Of a stretch of 64,000 bases of DNA, positions 26,468-36,229 are shown piece after piece (positions within the stretch are counted from its first letter, which is position 1; each line of letters starts with the position of its first letter). A program made the translations under genes and the position numbers. Source of the stretch: a virus; the IMG/VR virus record IMGVR_UViG_3300044695_007705, positions 18,311-82,310 of that record; one strand, written 5' to 3'. The notes beneath the pieces are model-generated. The model did not search any database. It was not told the origin of the DNA and worked only from the letters and a program-made list of their open reading frames with translations.

Positions 26468-29400
26468 TACTTAGAGCAAGAGAAGTTTTGTCCGTTATTC
26501 CATATTTTGACCGCCTCGTCTCGCCTTTTTTGTATCCCCCCAGGTCCCCTCTCGTAGTACTTATTCCATAAATCTGCCGCCTCTTGGGGTGTTCTAGCTG
26601 CATTCATGGCATCTACTATCCTCACCCCATTTATAGGGAACACATCTCTTCCCTCCCTTATCTCTTGCACTATGAACTCAAGTTGTTGTTGCTCTGTACA
26701 ACTTCTGCCACATTTAGCAGCTAAATTATCCGCTCTGCTTCCGCACCACTGGGCTAATCCGTATCCGGAAGTACCTAAAACTCTGGATGGAGTACTGCCA
26801 CATCCAACTCCGGGATTGGAGCCGTTGTGGACATTAGCGTTAAAATTGCTCTCCACAGAAAAATTACCCAAAGCTCCTGCATAAGCTATTGGGTTTGTAA
26901 TTCCTACGGACCTAAGAGCATTTATGCTATTCTGAATAGTGGATTTAGAAGAACTTGCATAGTTCCCCACATAAGTACAGTTTCCCTGGGGGAAAGAGCT
27001 ACTAACTGAGGAAGCTGCCTCTGTCGCCTCAGCCGTTTCTCTCGAACGTTGTAAAAACTCCCTCACCTCCTCAGCCTCTTTACAAATTTCTTCGCAAGAC
27101 GTTCTCCCATTGCCCAAGTTCCAGCACAAATCTCCCAACGAGCGAATATACCCATAGTAATCGCGGTATTTAAAATTTTCCGTAACTAAGTAGTCTTCAA
27201 AGGTGGGAGGAGCCGGAACGTTGTTTACTGCTACACCCCAATCACTCACCCCAGTCACCTTCACCCTAAGGTCTCCATCCCATCTGTATTCAGCACTTTT
27301 AACGAACCATTTTGAGAATCGTTGAGGGATCCAGACCCCGGGGTCGATATTGTTCGGCCGCCCCTTCTCAATCCACTCATCGTATTTGGTTACGAACGCG
27401 AGGATCGTCCTGCCGGGAACAATTCTTAACGAGCGTGGGATACCCTTAAATTCGGTCTCTATCGTGACGCCGACAGGAGTTGGGGAGTTCTGTACGCCTT
27501 GGCCGTATTTGGAACCGGATGATCTTGTGCCCCCCGTGGCACCTACAGAGACGTTTTCTAGGGAACCGTCTAGTAAATGAGCGAGAAGAAGTACTTTACC
27601 GTCCGGCCTCAGGACTTCGACTACATTCCCGAAACCCCCAAAGTTGGGTACTTTTCTAAGTATCTTGGCTCCACCTATTACCTCGATGACGGTATTTGAA
27701 GGTGCTCCGTAGTCTATTCCGTTGTGCGGAGAAGTCCTAAACGATTCAAAGTCCCCGTATTTGGATGTTACAGGCCATTCACTTGGTTTTTTACCCCCCA
27801 ATCTTATGTAAGGATCCACATCCGCGCTTGTTATGGGTATACCTCTGCCTGAGGTTGAAGAGTTTGGGAATAATTCTACGTGCAAGTGAGGACCGGTGGA
27901 GAAACCGGTGCTTCCTACTCTCCCGGCATATACTTTCTGGTTAGCGGAAGGTGGTAGTTCTGGCGCAGCAGGTGCCGCAGATCCCGGCGTCCTTGCCTTT
28001 TCTGCCGCTATAGACTGCATTACTGGGCCCATTAACTGCTTGTACAAAGCTTCTTTTTGGCTAGCTGTACCTCTTTCGAAGATATTTTTCACTTCGGGGG
28101 ACATCCTCCCCACCTCGAGAATAGTTCCACCTCTACGAGGTACTGCAAGGCCGTCCCTGTGGTTAAGGGGGAAAGCCCCGTAAGTCTGTGAAAGAACATC
28201 GTCAAGCTGCCAGATTTTTCTACCAGCGGTAGGGGGTATTACACCCGATCTACCAAAACATTTAGGTTCTACTTCTTGATAGCAATCGTTGTGTATTTCG
28301 ATCACTTGCTTGCCTTGTCTAACCGCTTCAGATGTTTTTGAATACTGGCTGCTTGGACTGCTTGTTGGCAAACTGCTAGATGGGGGGAAGTAAAACTCGA
28401 CAAAGTCAGACACTCCATACGCCTGGGAGTTTCTCTGCGCCCATTTTACTAATTCGACATTAAGTTCTCTTTCGTTAGGAGCGCCGGAACCCGCTGCATC
28501 GGCATGTCCTGCCATAAGGAATATTTTTGTAGGCTTGGATGTATCAGTAGCTCTCCAATTTTTGTCAGAAGCTTTAGGGGACTCAGGCACTACCTTTGCC
28601 CCAGTAGTAATAGGTCCGGGTGCCGTTTGAATCGTTTTAATCCCCGCTTCTTTCTTTTCTTCGTCTGTAAGATCAAATGCCGGGATGGCGAAATTCCACA
28701 CCAACGACGGTTCGAGGGTAACGGTAGTAGTACCGGCTGATGACTTGGGGATATAGAACCGAGTATGTAGCAATTTCTCAGGATTCGACTCCCCCAAGAC
28801 CTGGTTAATCGCAACTTTACTGCCCTTTTTCAAATCGCCTTGAATCGCCAGTAAATTACCCACCTCCTGATGAATAGGACGGATCGTACACTTCTTTGCC
28901 TTATCACACACTTTAAGGACATAGTTTGTCTGAATATTAATCCATAAGGAGCCGTTAACGTCCTTTGTATAAGTTCTGTTCTCAACAAGTCCGTCTAAAA
29001 ACGATATAGGAACGTTATCATTAACACCAATACCATATAAGTTCGTATTCTCTACCTTGGTGTTTTTAACGGCCGGACCGTTACCTCTCCACACATATCC
29101 GCTTGTCGACTGATTGACTTGAAACCTCTTTTTTAAGACGGTAAACTGCTCGGGGAACTGCTTAATACTCGTCTTGACACTAGCCATCTTCGCCTTTCTC
29201 TTGTCCGGAAAAGTGTCTTCTAAGACGTATTCTTCTCCGTCAATGGGGGTAGTGTCATAATCGACACCTAAGCCGCGCTTGAACTCAAGTTCAGCGTTAG
29301 AATTCAAAAAGTCACGTTCGACCGACCCACTTATTTGGTATCCTTCGTACAAGCCTTTGCCCAAGTAGAATATTGAGCAGCCTTGGTTAACATTTGCTCT

Positions 29401-30240
29401 GGTACAGATCGAAATCTTATTAGCATACTCTTTTAAAGGTAGTTTGCTATAATTTCCTCCCACACTCCCAATATACTTCTTAAGGACTTCTTCCCCTGTA
29501 ACCGCCTTCTCTCTAAACCCACTAGGCATTATGTATTTCTGACCATAATTCGCTTCAGGCGAGTTGCAAAACGAGACTCGATACCCATACTGCTTGGCAA
29601 TTTCCTTCAAATTCTCTTCCAGCGTCTCGTTCTCTTTCATTTGAAAGTTTGCCAGATTCTGGTTAAAAGCGATTGTCTGGGGATCAAGGCCGGAAATAGT
29701 CACTTTGGGGTAGGTTTTCCCATGACTGATATTGAACCGGTTCACCCTAAAATAACTCTCCAGGCTGAAGACGTTGCTGCCGACATTGTAATAGAAAATT
29801 ACAACTAAATGGGCGAATTGTGAAAAACTAGCTTTGCTGATGCCCGGATCTTCAAATTCCGAGCTTTGCTCATATGGACGGCAAGGTCTTTCGCGAGTCG
29901 ACACCTGGCCCTTTTCGCACTTCGGCAGCAAGATATGGTTCGCGGCTGCCAACTGCTCACCAGTGTACGCTGCAGCCGTATCAAAAAGTACCGCCCAAGA
30001 CGCCCCGGTCATGTACGGGTCGGACAACGTGACGTTTACTGTCGACCCGGACAAGGCGTTTACAAACTGAGTTGCTCCTTGGACCGAAGTCTCGGCATTC
30101 GCAGTCAACGCGTCAGGCGACCAGTTCATTGACAGGGTTACACCGGCAATCTGCCTCTCCGGGAACCATATAATTTCCTGATCGCCGGTAGAAAACGGCC
30201 TATACCCTACCAGGCACCTACAACGATAAAGGCTATGCAC
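26467..30240 (-). CDS. Baseplate hub / tail-associated lysin: hub, degenerate M23, amidase_3, permuted M23 and phage tail lysozyme domains
   Basis: IFLMAGH...IEIHN (amidase); GSTGFSTGPHLH and HNGIDYG (M23); GNFSVES...GYGLAQW...YYERG (Phage_lysozyme2); start GTG 30240 or 30264. Confidence 0.8.
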   Translation of the reverse strand: MHSLYRCRCLVGYRPFSTGDQEIIWFPERQIAGVTLSMNWSPDALTANAETSVQGATQFVNALSGSTVNVTLSDPYMTGASWAVLFDTAAAYTGEQLAAANHILLPKCEKGQVSTRERPCRPYEQSSEFEDPGISKASFSQFAHLVVIFYYNVGSNVFSLESYFRVNRFNISHGKTYPKVTISGLDPQTIAFNQNLANFQMKENETLEENLKEIAKQYGYRVSFCNSPEANYGQKYIMPSGFREKAVTGEEVLKKYIGSVGGNYSKLPLKEYANKISICTRANVNQGCSIFYLGKGLYEGYQISGSVERDFLNSNAELEFKRGLGVDYDTTPIDGEEYVLEDTFPDKRKAKMASVKTSIKQFPEQFTVLKKRFQVNQSTSGYVWRGNGPAVKNTKVENTNLYGIGVNDNVPISFLDGLVENRTYTKDVNGSLWINIQTNYVLKVCDKAKKCTIRPIHQEVGNLLAIQGDLKKGSKVAINQVLGESNPEKLLHTRFYIPKSSAGTTTVTLEPSLVWNFAIPAFDLTDEEKKEAGIKTIQTAPGPITTGAKVVPESPKASDKNWRATDTSKPTKIFLMAGHADAAGSGAPNERELNVELVKWAQRNSQAYGVSDFVEFYFPPSSSLPTSSPSSQYSKTSEAVRQGKQVIEIHNDCYQEVEPKCFGRSGVIPPTAGRKIWQLDDVLSQTYGAFPLNHRDGLAVPRRGGTILEVGRMSPEVKNIFERGTASQKEALYKQLMGPVMQSIAAEKARTPGSAAPAAPELPPSANQKVYAGRVGSTGFSTGPHLHVELFPNSSTSGRGIPITSADVDPYIRLGGKKPSEWPVTSKYGDFESFRTSPHNGIDYGAPSNTVIEVIGGAKILRKVPNFGGFGNVVEVLRPDGKVLLLAHLLDGSLENVSVGATGGTRSSGSKYGQGVQNSPTPVGVTIETEFKGIPRSLRIVPGRTILAFVTKYDEWIEKGRPNNIDPGVWIPQRFSKWFVKSAEYRWDGDLRVKVTGVSDWGVAVNNVPAPPTFEDYLVTENFKYRDYYGYIRSLGDLCWNLGNGRTSCEEICKEAEEVREFLQRSRETAEATEAASSVSSSFPQGNCTYVGNYASSSKSTIQNSINALRSVGITNPIAYAGALGNFSVESNFNANVHNGSNPGVGCGSTPSRVLGTSGYGLAQWCGSRADNLAAKCGRSCTEQQQLEFIVQEIREGRDVFPINGVRIVDAMNAARTPQEAADLWNKYYERGPGGIQKRRDEAVKIWNNGQNFSCSK

Positions 30241-30241
30241 C

Positions 30242-30973
30242 TCATGCCACTTCGATAACCACAACTAACGCGCCGGATCCTTCACCGTCACCCTGGCCGG
30301 GCTCAGTGGTGTCGATTTCTAGACTCAAGATATCGCCGACGGCAAAGCCGTCACCGCCGTCCAGGATGTCGGTAATCTCGGTCACAGAACCGTCCACAAT
30401 CGTCCCTTCGAGCGAAGCGTCTTCGTACTGAACAGGATCGTTCTGTTCGCCTACTTCAAGATAAGCTCGGAACACAACACCGGTCGCATCGCCTCCGTCT
30501 AAACCGTCAACCGTGTAGTTCTCACCGCCATCGATTACGTCACCCAAGGCGACAAGCGGACCGACAGGAATAACGTTCTGCGTGATTTGAGAAAGCGTTG
30601 CGGAAAGGTTATACACTGCTACCATAAAGTGATAATCTCCCTCACCAGCGATTCCCACGTACCTTGTAATATTCACAAGCTGATCATTGAGCTGGTTCTC
30701 GTACGGATCCGTCACAACATCCGGATTCGCAACCAACGCGTCCACCACCAGTTCCAAGACCCCATACGCGAATTGCTTGGCCGAGAAGCCCATGCTAGGC
30801 CCGCAAGTGTTGTATTTTTCCAGCAGTTCCGAGCGAATTTCAGGGGTGTTCCCCGTCTCATCGTACTCGTTGACAAGTTTATTCTGTAAGACGGTGGCAA
30901 AAAAATCTCCGAGCGAAGCTTTGTACTCAAACTCGATGCCAACAAGTCTTTTCAGTCTAGCAATGGTTGCCAT
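30242..30973 (-). CDS. Acidic virion structural protein (243 aa)
   Basis: ILDGGDGFAVGDILS fibre-type repeat; box 25 nt upstream. Confidence 0.65.
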   Translation of the reverse strand: MATIARLKRLVGIEFEYKASLGDFFATVLQNKLVNEYDETGNTPEIRSELLEKYNTCGPSMGFSAKQFAYGVLELVVDALVANPDVVTDPYENQLNDQLVNITRYVGIAGEGDYHFMVAVYNLSATLSQITQNVIPVGPLVALGDVIDGGENYTVDGLDGGDATGVVFRAYLEVGEQNDPVQYEDASLEGTIVDGSVTEITDILDGGDGFAVGDILSLEIDTTEPGQGDGEGSGALVVVIEVA

Positions 30974-30998
30974 AATACTTAATCTATCTATTCCTTAA

Positions 30999-31007
30999 GC
31001 TTTCAAC
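30999..31007 (-). promoter_or_regulatory. GTTGAAAGC box (putative late promoter)
   Basis: 25 nt upstream of ATG 30973. Confidence 0.75.
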
Positions 31008-31330
31008 TAAGAAACCCGCACCTTGAGGACGCTTCCCGTACGGTACATGCCTCCGACTGGGACGGGGGGAGTGGCGGCAGCAGCAGCGGTATCGTCAGCG
31101 AATTCCCTAAGGCCGGTAAAATCGATTTGGGCGAAAGGGATGACGTCCTGCTCGCCTACACGTCTTGCGACTCCATCCGCGCCGACATAAAAGATCTGAG
31201 CCTTCGGCTCGTTAAGAAACAGCTCGCCACGTTTGACATTAGCGGCATCATCGTCATACAACGACTGCACGTAGTTTTTAGTCTTGTTCGGGTCGGATGT
31301 AAACCGAACGCCCCATCTCGGTTTAGGCAT
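31007..31330 (-). CDS. Small fibre-like virion protein
   Basis: RGELFLN and FADDTAAAAA..VPVGGMYRTG motifs; box 20 nt upstream. Confidence 0.65.
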   Translation of the reverse strand: MPKPRWGVRFTSDPNKTKNYVQSLYDDDAANVKRGELFLNEPKAQIFYVGADGVARRVGEQDVIPFAQIDFTGLREFADDTAAAAATPPVPVGGMYRTGSVLKVRVS

Positions 31331-31350
31331 TGAAATAATCGTCTCATAGG

Positions 31351-31359
31351 GCTTTCAAC
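31351..31359 (-). promoter_or_regulatory. GTTGAAAGC box (putative late promoter)
   Basis: 20 nt upstream of ATG 31330. Confidence 0.75.
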
Positions 31360-31360
31360 G

Positions 31361-31369
31361 TGCTAGACT
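31361..31369 (+). promoter_or_regulatory. Host-type extended -10 (TGCTAGACT) for the kinase gene
   Basis: TGn-TAGACT 23 nt upstream of ATG 31393, back-to-back with box 31351-31359. Confidence 0.5.
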
Positions 31370-31392
31370 TAGGGAGACTTCTCCCCTCCGCA

Positions 31393-31986
31393 ATGCACAC
31401 GATTATTTTTTTAGGGCCCGATCGGGTTGGAAAAACTTCTCTCCTTAACAAGACGGCGTCTAACTTAAAAAACGCGGGATACCTAGTTCATGCTCTTCAC
31501 TTTTCAGGAATCAGGCCGGAACATAACTCTCCTGTTGAACAGTTCAGGGAAAAGCTTACAGACATTCCTTTGCCGGCCTCAGACTATCTCCTAATCGATC
31601 GTTTCGTCTCCGACACATTGTTTTACGAGGAGCGCAGGGGGCAAATGCCAGCCATTAACCCGATCTGCTCGCAAGAGCCGGAGTCTATCTTGATCGACTT
31701 GAGCGAAAGAGTTGATGTCGTAATCTTGGGCCGGGGCTGGGATCAAACCATGATCGATCGGCACATCACCGAGCTTAGAGCCAATAATCCTCGTGCCTCT
31801 ACGTACTGGATAAACGCCCAGCTCGAGTTAAGAATGAACGAGCATAACGGGTATTATGGACACACCGAGGAGTTCTTCAAATCCCAAAGCCTTATACCTC
31901 GTTCTTGTGTATTCAGCCTCCCCAAGCCCGACATTGACAAAGACGTGTTCACCAACTGTCCCTCTATCCCCCTCAGGCAAAGGTGA
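31393..31986 (+). CDS. P-loop nucleoside monophosphate (thymidylate-like) kinase
   Basis: IIFLGPDRVGKTS, LLIDRFVSDTLFY. Confidence 0.75.
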   Translation: MHTIIFLGPDRVGKTSLLNKTASNLKNAGYLVHALHFSGIRPEHNSPVEQFREKLTDIPLPASDYLLIDRFVSDTLFYEERRGQMPAINPICSQEPESILIDLSERVDVVILGRGWDQTMIDRHITELRANNPRASTYWINAQLELRMNEHNGYYGHTEEFFKSQSLIPRSCVFSLPKPDIDKDVFTNCPSIPLRQR

Positions 31987-31990
31987 AAGC
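31982..31990 (+). promoter_or_regulatory. Box variant GGTGAAAGC upstream of the candidate sRNA/phoH leader
   Basis: One mismatch to consensus; contains the kinase TGA stop. Confidence 0.5.
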
Positions 31991-31995
31991 ATTGT

Positions 31996-32077
31996 AGGTG
32001 CTTTTCTCTGAATGGTTCTCCGTTCAAAATATATCAGCTCCTGGGCGGGTACACAGTCTTTGTGTCCCGTCTTTTTT
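31996..32077 (+). ncRNA. Candidate structured small RNA or attenuator leader upstream of phoH
   Basis: Stem 31996-32002/32036-32042 enclosing hairpin 32009-32026, then a terminator hairpin; follows box variant GGTGAAAGC. Confidence 0.4.
32044..32077 (+). terminator. Intrinsic terminator-like hairpin
   Basis: GGCGGG(T)ACACA-GTCTT-TGTGTCCCGTC followed by TTTTTT. Confidence 0.7.
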
Positions 32078-32094
32078 ATTACCTGGAAAATTCA

Positions 32095-32844
32095 ATGGCT
32101 AAAGCGCGTACAAGGCGAGAGAAGGTCACCGAGTCTTCGGTACCGGGATACGATGAAATTGCCTACGGGATCCCCGCTGGGCGAGGAGACGGCCTTAGGA
32201 CTATTCACCCGGCGAACGAGAGCCAGCGCGAGGCATTGGAGTACCTAAGGAGCCGGACTCTTACTATTTTGACTGGGCCGCCTGGGACAGCCAAGACACT
32301 GCTTTCCGTCTTCATTGCTTGCGAAAAACTGCAAAAGCGGCAGATTGATAAGATATATTATGTTAAGCCGATTGTCGATACGCCGGGGGAGAAAGGAATT
32401 GGCTATTTGCCAGGTAACGAGATGGAGAAACTTGAACCGCACATCGCGTCTCTAAGGGACGCGTTAAGCGTGTTTATGGCGAAGGGGAAAGCAGACTATT
32501 TAATAGATAAAAAGATTATCGAATTTTTGCCTATCGAGCATTTAAGGGGACGGTCGCTGCACCGTTGCGTGGTTATTGCGGACGAGATGCAGAATGCCAC
32601 TGCTCATAGCGTGCTGACTATTCTCTCTCGACTTGGCGACCATAGTTCTATCGCGTTACTCGGTGACGTGATCCAGCGCGATTTAGCCAATAGATTTGGA
32701 AAGGACGGTCTGAGCGATGCGGTTCACAGACTGTCCAAACTCGAGGAGTTTGTCGGTTCAGTAGAATTTCAAATCGATGATATTGTCCGTTCGGAATTTG
32801 TAAAACAAGTTATTTTGTCGTACCGCGATTTGTACGAGAGCTAG
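32095..32844 (+). CDS. phoH: PhoH-family ATPase
   Basis: GPPGTAKT, IGYLPG, LRGRSL, IADEMQN, LLGDVIQRD, DIVRS. Confidence 0.95.
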   Translation: MAKARTRREKVTESSVPGYDEIAYGIPAGRGDGLRTIHPANESQREALEYLRSRTLTILTGPPGTAKTLLSVFIACEKLQKRQIDKIYYVKPIVDTPGEKGIGYLPGNEMEKLEPHIASLRDALSVFMAKGKADYLIDKKIIEFLPIEHLRGRSLHRCVVIADEMQNATAHSVLTILSRLGDHSSIALLGDVIQRDLANRFGKDGLSDAVHRLSKLEEFVGSVEFQIDDIVRSEFVKQVILSYRDLYES

Positions 32845-33034
32845 AGGGGGAGGATTGCTGTGTCGGAGAAGGGAAAAAAAGAGCTGCTGTAAACATCCAC
32901 CTGTCTACACAGGCATTGACTTGCCTGGGGCCCATAGACCAGTTAGGTATCTCGCAAAGCGCGATAAACGCTAGGCAGAACAACGCTTCGAATACAAAGA
33001 AGGCGACTCCCTCTGTTAATTTAATTTTGTCCAT
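32810..33034 (-). CDS. Small membrane protein (74 aa), holin-like candidate
   Basis: Hydrophobic helix VAFFVFEALFCLAFIALC; box variant 23 nt upstream. Confidence 0.55.
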   Translation of the reverse strand: MDKIKLTEGVAFFVFEALFCLAFIALCEIPNWSMGPRQVNACVDRWMFTAALFFPSPTQQSSPSSSRTNRGTTK

Positions 33035-33057
33035 TAGCTATATTTCCCCTATATAAA

Positions 33058-33080
33058 GCCTTCAACGAAGAGTTGAAAGC
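33058..33080. promoter_or_regulatory. Divergent back-to-back box pair
   Basis: 33058-33066 (-, GTTGAAGGC) and 33072-33080 (+); both 23 nt from starts. Confidence 0.8.
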
Positions 33081-33103
33081 CTCTTATAGGGCGTATTGTC
33101 TAA

Positions 33104-36100
33104 ATGGCTACTAAAGTAACTAAAAGCTCACAACTTCCCTCGTTAAATCAAGACGAGGTAATAAGGGTTTTACGTAGGCGGGCAGGAAAAAGAGAAGGAG
33201 TCTCTAACTTTATTGGCCTTAAACGATCCTCGGCTCTGGCTGACGTCGAGAATCCTTCCGACGCTTTAAATAACGTCCTGGACAAAATAAGCCTTGTTTT
33301 AGATGCTGGCGAAAGAAATATCTACAAACGGCCTTACAATTCATCTGACTGGAGAGTTACCAGAGATTTCGTAGAAAAAGACATTAACAGGGAGTTTTTG
33401 TCGCAATTACAGGGTGCGAGTATCGGCGGAGGAATACTCGGTTCTACTGTTCTTACAACTCCCAGAATCCGTATCCAAGACCGGATATCTTTGCTTAATT
33501 CTTTTTATGGGGAGGGCAGCCTCCCCGGTCTTCATAGCGGCCCTAACGCCCAGTTTTACAGATCTCCCGGGTCTCAAGTAATCGGATTTGTAAAATTCAC
33601 TATTGACGTAGATAATAACATCGACTTGACTGAATTAAAAGCGCCGGATGGCTCTACAAATATAACAGAAAGTGATGTTTTAGACGGGGGAGAAAGAGTA
33701 GTTTTAGATATTGATAGCTATCAGACTCCAGGTGGAGTACTTTCATCGCTAAGTGGTACTAACATTACCCTTATACTGGACTCGCCAAATTCCTGGTCTG
33801 TAAACCAATCTTCGGGCAGAAAGCTAAACTCTATTAAGGGGATAGTAGGAGAGTTGGTATTTGGTCAGCTTAAGTTTAAAATCTCAAGGCAGTATTCTTT
33901 ACTAAATCCTCCCCTATGGTTTACTGAGTCCCCAGACGACTCTGGAACTAATATTCCAGGCAGCGGAGATGACAACGACCCTGAGACTTCTCGTAAAGTT
34001 CTTGTAACATCAAGCTCGGGAGATATTATACCTTATGTAGAAAAGGGGTACTGGTTTACTCGGGCCTATGTGGAGAATAGATGGACTAGCAGGGAAAGGA
34101 CTTTGGTTGGAGACAATAGTATAACTCAAGACTCTAATATGAGGTGGCAAACTACTCCTTCCCCTCTGAAAGGAGAGGAGTATAATTGGGGTATCAGATG
34201 GGAGGGATATTTGAGAATTACTCCTGGCATATACGCCCTACAAGTGCAGACTAACGTATCTATTAAAATAGATATGGATTTAGGGGGCTGGACAAATGTA
34301 TTTGACACGTCAACTGCTGCTCAAGAGTCCGAAGATACTTATATATCTGGTCAGTCTTTCGATACTGATTCTCTGGACTCAAAGTATAAATACTTTTTCG
34401 GTGATAATTTATCAACTGACTGGGTAGCTTACGTCCCGATTGTTATAAGAATGTTTAATGGAGGCCCGGACAAAGCGTTTCCAGGTCTTTCGCTTGTATC
34501 AGAGCCTAATCTGTTTATAAAAACTACTAAGATAAGCCAGAACAGAAACTGGTACAGAGAGACGTTTAATGTCACATTAAGTGGTACGGATGGTAACTGG
34601 GTTCTTACAGGTCCCAAAATCTCAGACTTGAAATCTATAAGAGAAGATTCTCTGTCCTCTATTAGCTACAGTTTAATATCCAAAGACGGTCAGTTTTTCC
34701 CATCACCTGTAAGCATTTCTCTTTCTGTTTCTGGGGGAAATTTAATAAGCAATACCACCGGTCTACAGGCTGGTAATTACGAATTACTTGTAAACCCGGT
34801 TAGGGGTCCGGGGTTTGACAGTAATTTACAGGCTCTGTGGAAAGGTAGGATAGCTTCTCCGTCTCCATCAAGTAAACTATACACCGATCTTACGGATTCT
34901 GGCTACACTCCCGACCAGCTTAGAGTGCCCTTTGATTTCAGGCCTCCCTGGTGGAAATTTTTTGACGGTAGTCCGTATAACCGTTCGGATTCCCCGGATA
35001 TTGAAAACACCCCGCTAGACGGGTTTATAAGAAATACTTTTAAATCGACTTTGAAGTCAGATGTAGACGGCCTTGGTTTATATGGAAACGGCCTAGAGCC
35101 TCCCACTTACTCCCAAAGACCTAACATCATTTTGGGCGAATCTCGCTATAGCTTAGACTCCCCCAAAGGCTCTAGCTACATGGGTATTAAATTGACCTCT
35201 AATAGCCTTGGAGAAGGGGGTCTGTTTTTAATAGACTCTTTGCCAATAAATAATTCTGTTTTTAACGACTCTTTACTTCTTGGGGCAAATGACCTTGGGG
35301 GTAGTCCTAATCATTTAACTATAGCGGGAGGTAAGCAAACCCCACAAAAAGCTATTTTTACTCTGCAAGATGATGACACGGACCCGGATACCTATAATAA
35401 ATACTTTTTATTTGACGGCACCCCAACTCAAGATGATGATCCTGAAGATTACGGGTTACCTGCATTTTCGAGCCCTGTCTGGGATTCTCCTATAACAATA
35501 CAGGCTGTTAGAGTGGCTGATGACATTGATTTTACAGATAACGTGCGGCCATTTGTTGATGTCTTTGTAATGGGAGTTGAGAAAATCCTTGTATCTGGGT
35601 ATAATGTCCTCGCTTTTACAACAACTTTAAGTTCTATACTTGATGAGGGGGAAGAAAGAAATCTTTTTGATGAAAAGTATATAGAATTTTATACCGAGTC
35701 TGATTTAGACTACTCTTATCAAAGAGTGGATAGCGGCTCTTCTCTATCATTTTCCGATGTACTTAAGCTGACCTATGATGAATCAGATGACATTATACCG
35801 CTAGAGAGTGAGATACCGAGACCTCCTTCTAGTAGAGTCACCCCTTGGGGGTTTGATTTAGCCGAGACGAGTTCGGGAATCTGTTATCCGCCTTACGCAA
35901 CTGTAAACGAACTACTTTCAGATACTGCTGTAAGTGACGAGGATCTTTACGACTCCCCGGTGGGTAACTACGACGTTATATGGGGTGATGCCACCAAGGA
36001 AGATTTAGGCAGCAATAATTTGACTATTACCGAGAAGTTAGAGTTTTCTGGAGACTCGTCTTGTATCGAGACTATTAGTACTCCTGTTACTTTAAGCGCT

Positions 36101-36229
36101 AATGCTTACTCTCACCGCATCAAAATCGATTTCCCAGTAGACGAGACTTCTGTACCGGAAGACGCAACTGAGTACATAGGAAATAAAGAAAAGGTAAAAG
36201 ATTTCTACTTCCTGTACGTCTCGCTCTAA
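33104..36229 (+). CDS. Large virion protein with a PA14-like domain (1041 aa)
   Basis: YNWGIRWEGYLRITPGIYALQVQTN PA14-like segment; box 23 nt upstream. Confidence 0.7.
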   Translation: MATKVTKSSQLPSLNQDEVIRVLRRRAGKREGVSNFIGLKRSSALADVENPSDALNNVLDKISLVLDAGERNIYKRPYNSSDWRVTRDFVEKDINREFLSQLQGASIGGGILGSTVLTTPRIRIQDRISLLNSFYGEGSLPGLHSGPNAQFYRSPGSQVIGFVKFTIDVDNNIDLTELKAPDGSTNITESDVLDGGERVVLDIDSYQTPGGVLSSLSGTNITLILDSPNSWSVNQSSGRKLNSIKGIVGELVFGQLKFKISRQYSLLNPPLWFTESPDDSGTNIPGSGDDNDPETSRKVLVTSSSGDIIPYVEKGYWFTRAYVENRWTSRERTLVGDNSITQDSNMRWQTTPSPLKGEEYNWGIRWEGYLRITPGIYALQVQTNVSIKIDMDLGGWTNVFDTSTAAQESEDTYISGQSFDTDSLDSKYKYFFGDNLSTDWVAYVPIVIRMFNGGPDKAFPGLSLVSEPNLFIKTTKISQNRNWYRETFNVTLSGTDGNWVLTGPKISDLKSIREDSLSSISYSLISKDGQFFPSPVSISLSVSGGNLISNTTGLQAGNYELLVNPVRGPGFDSNLQALWKGRIASPSPSSKLYTDLTDSGYTPDQLRVPFDFRPPWWKFFDGSPYNRSDSPDIENTPLDGFIRNTFKSTLKSDVDGLGLYGNGLEPPTYSQRPNIILGESRYSLDSPKGSSYMGIKLTSNSLGEGGLFLIDSLPINNSVFNDSLLLGANDLGGSPNHLTIAGGKQTPQKAIFTLQDDDTDPDTYNKYFLFDGTPTQDDDPEDYGLPAFSSPVWDSPITIQAVRVADDIDFTDNVRPFVDVFVMGVEKILVSGYNVLAFTTTLSSILDEGEERNLFDEKYIEFYTESDLDYSYQRVDSGSSLSFSDVLKLTYDESDDIIPLESEIPRPPSSRVTPWGFDLAETSSGICYPPYATVNELLSDTAVSDEDLYDSPVGNYDVIWGDATKEDLGSNNLTITEKLEFSGDSSCIETISTPVTLSANAYSHRIKIDFPVDETSVPEDATEYIGNKEKVKDFYFLYVSL

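Noticed and set aside
31996-32077. tRNA gene
   Set aside because: GTTCAAA is present, but there is no cloverleaf with acceptor, D and anticodon arms and no CCA
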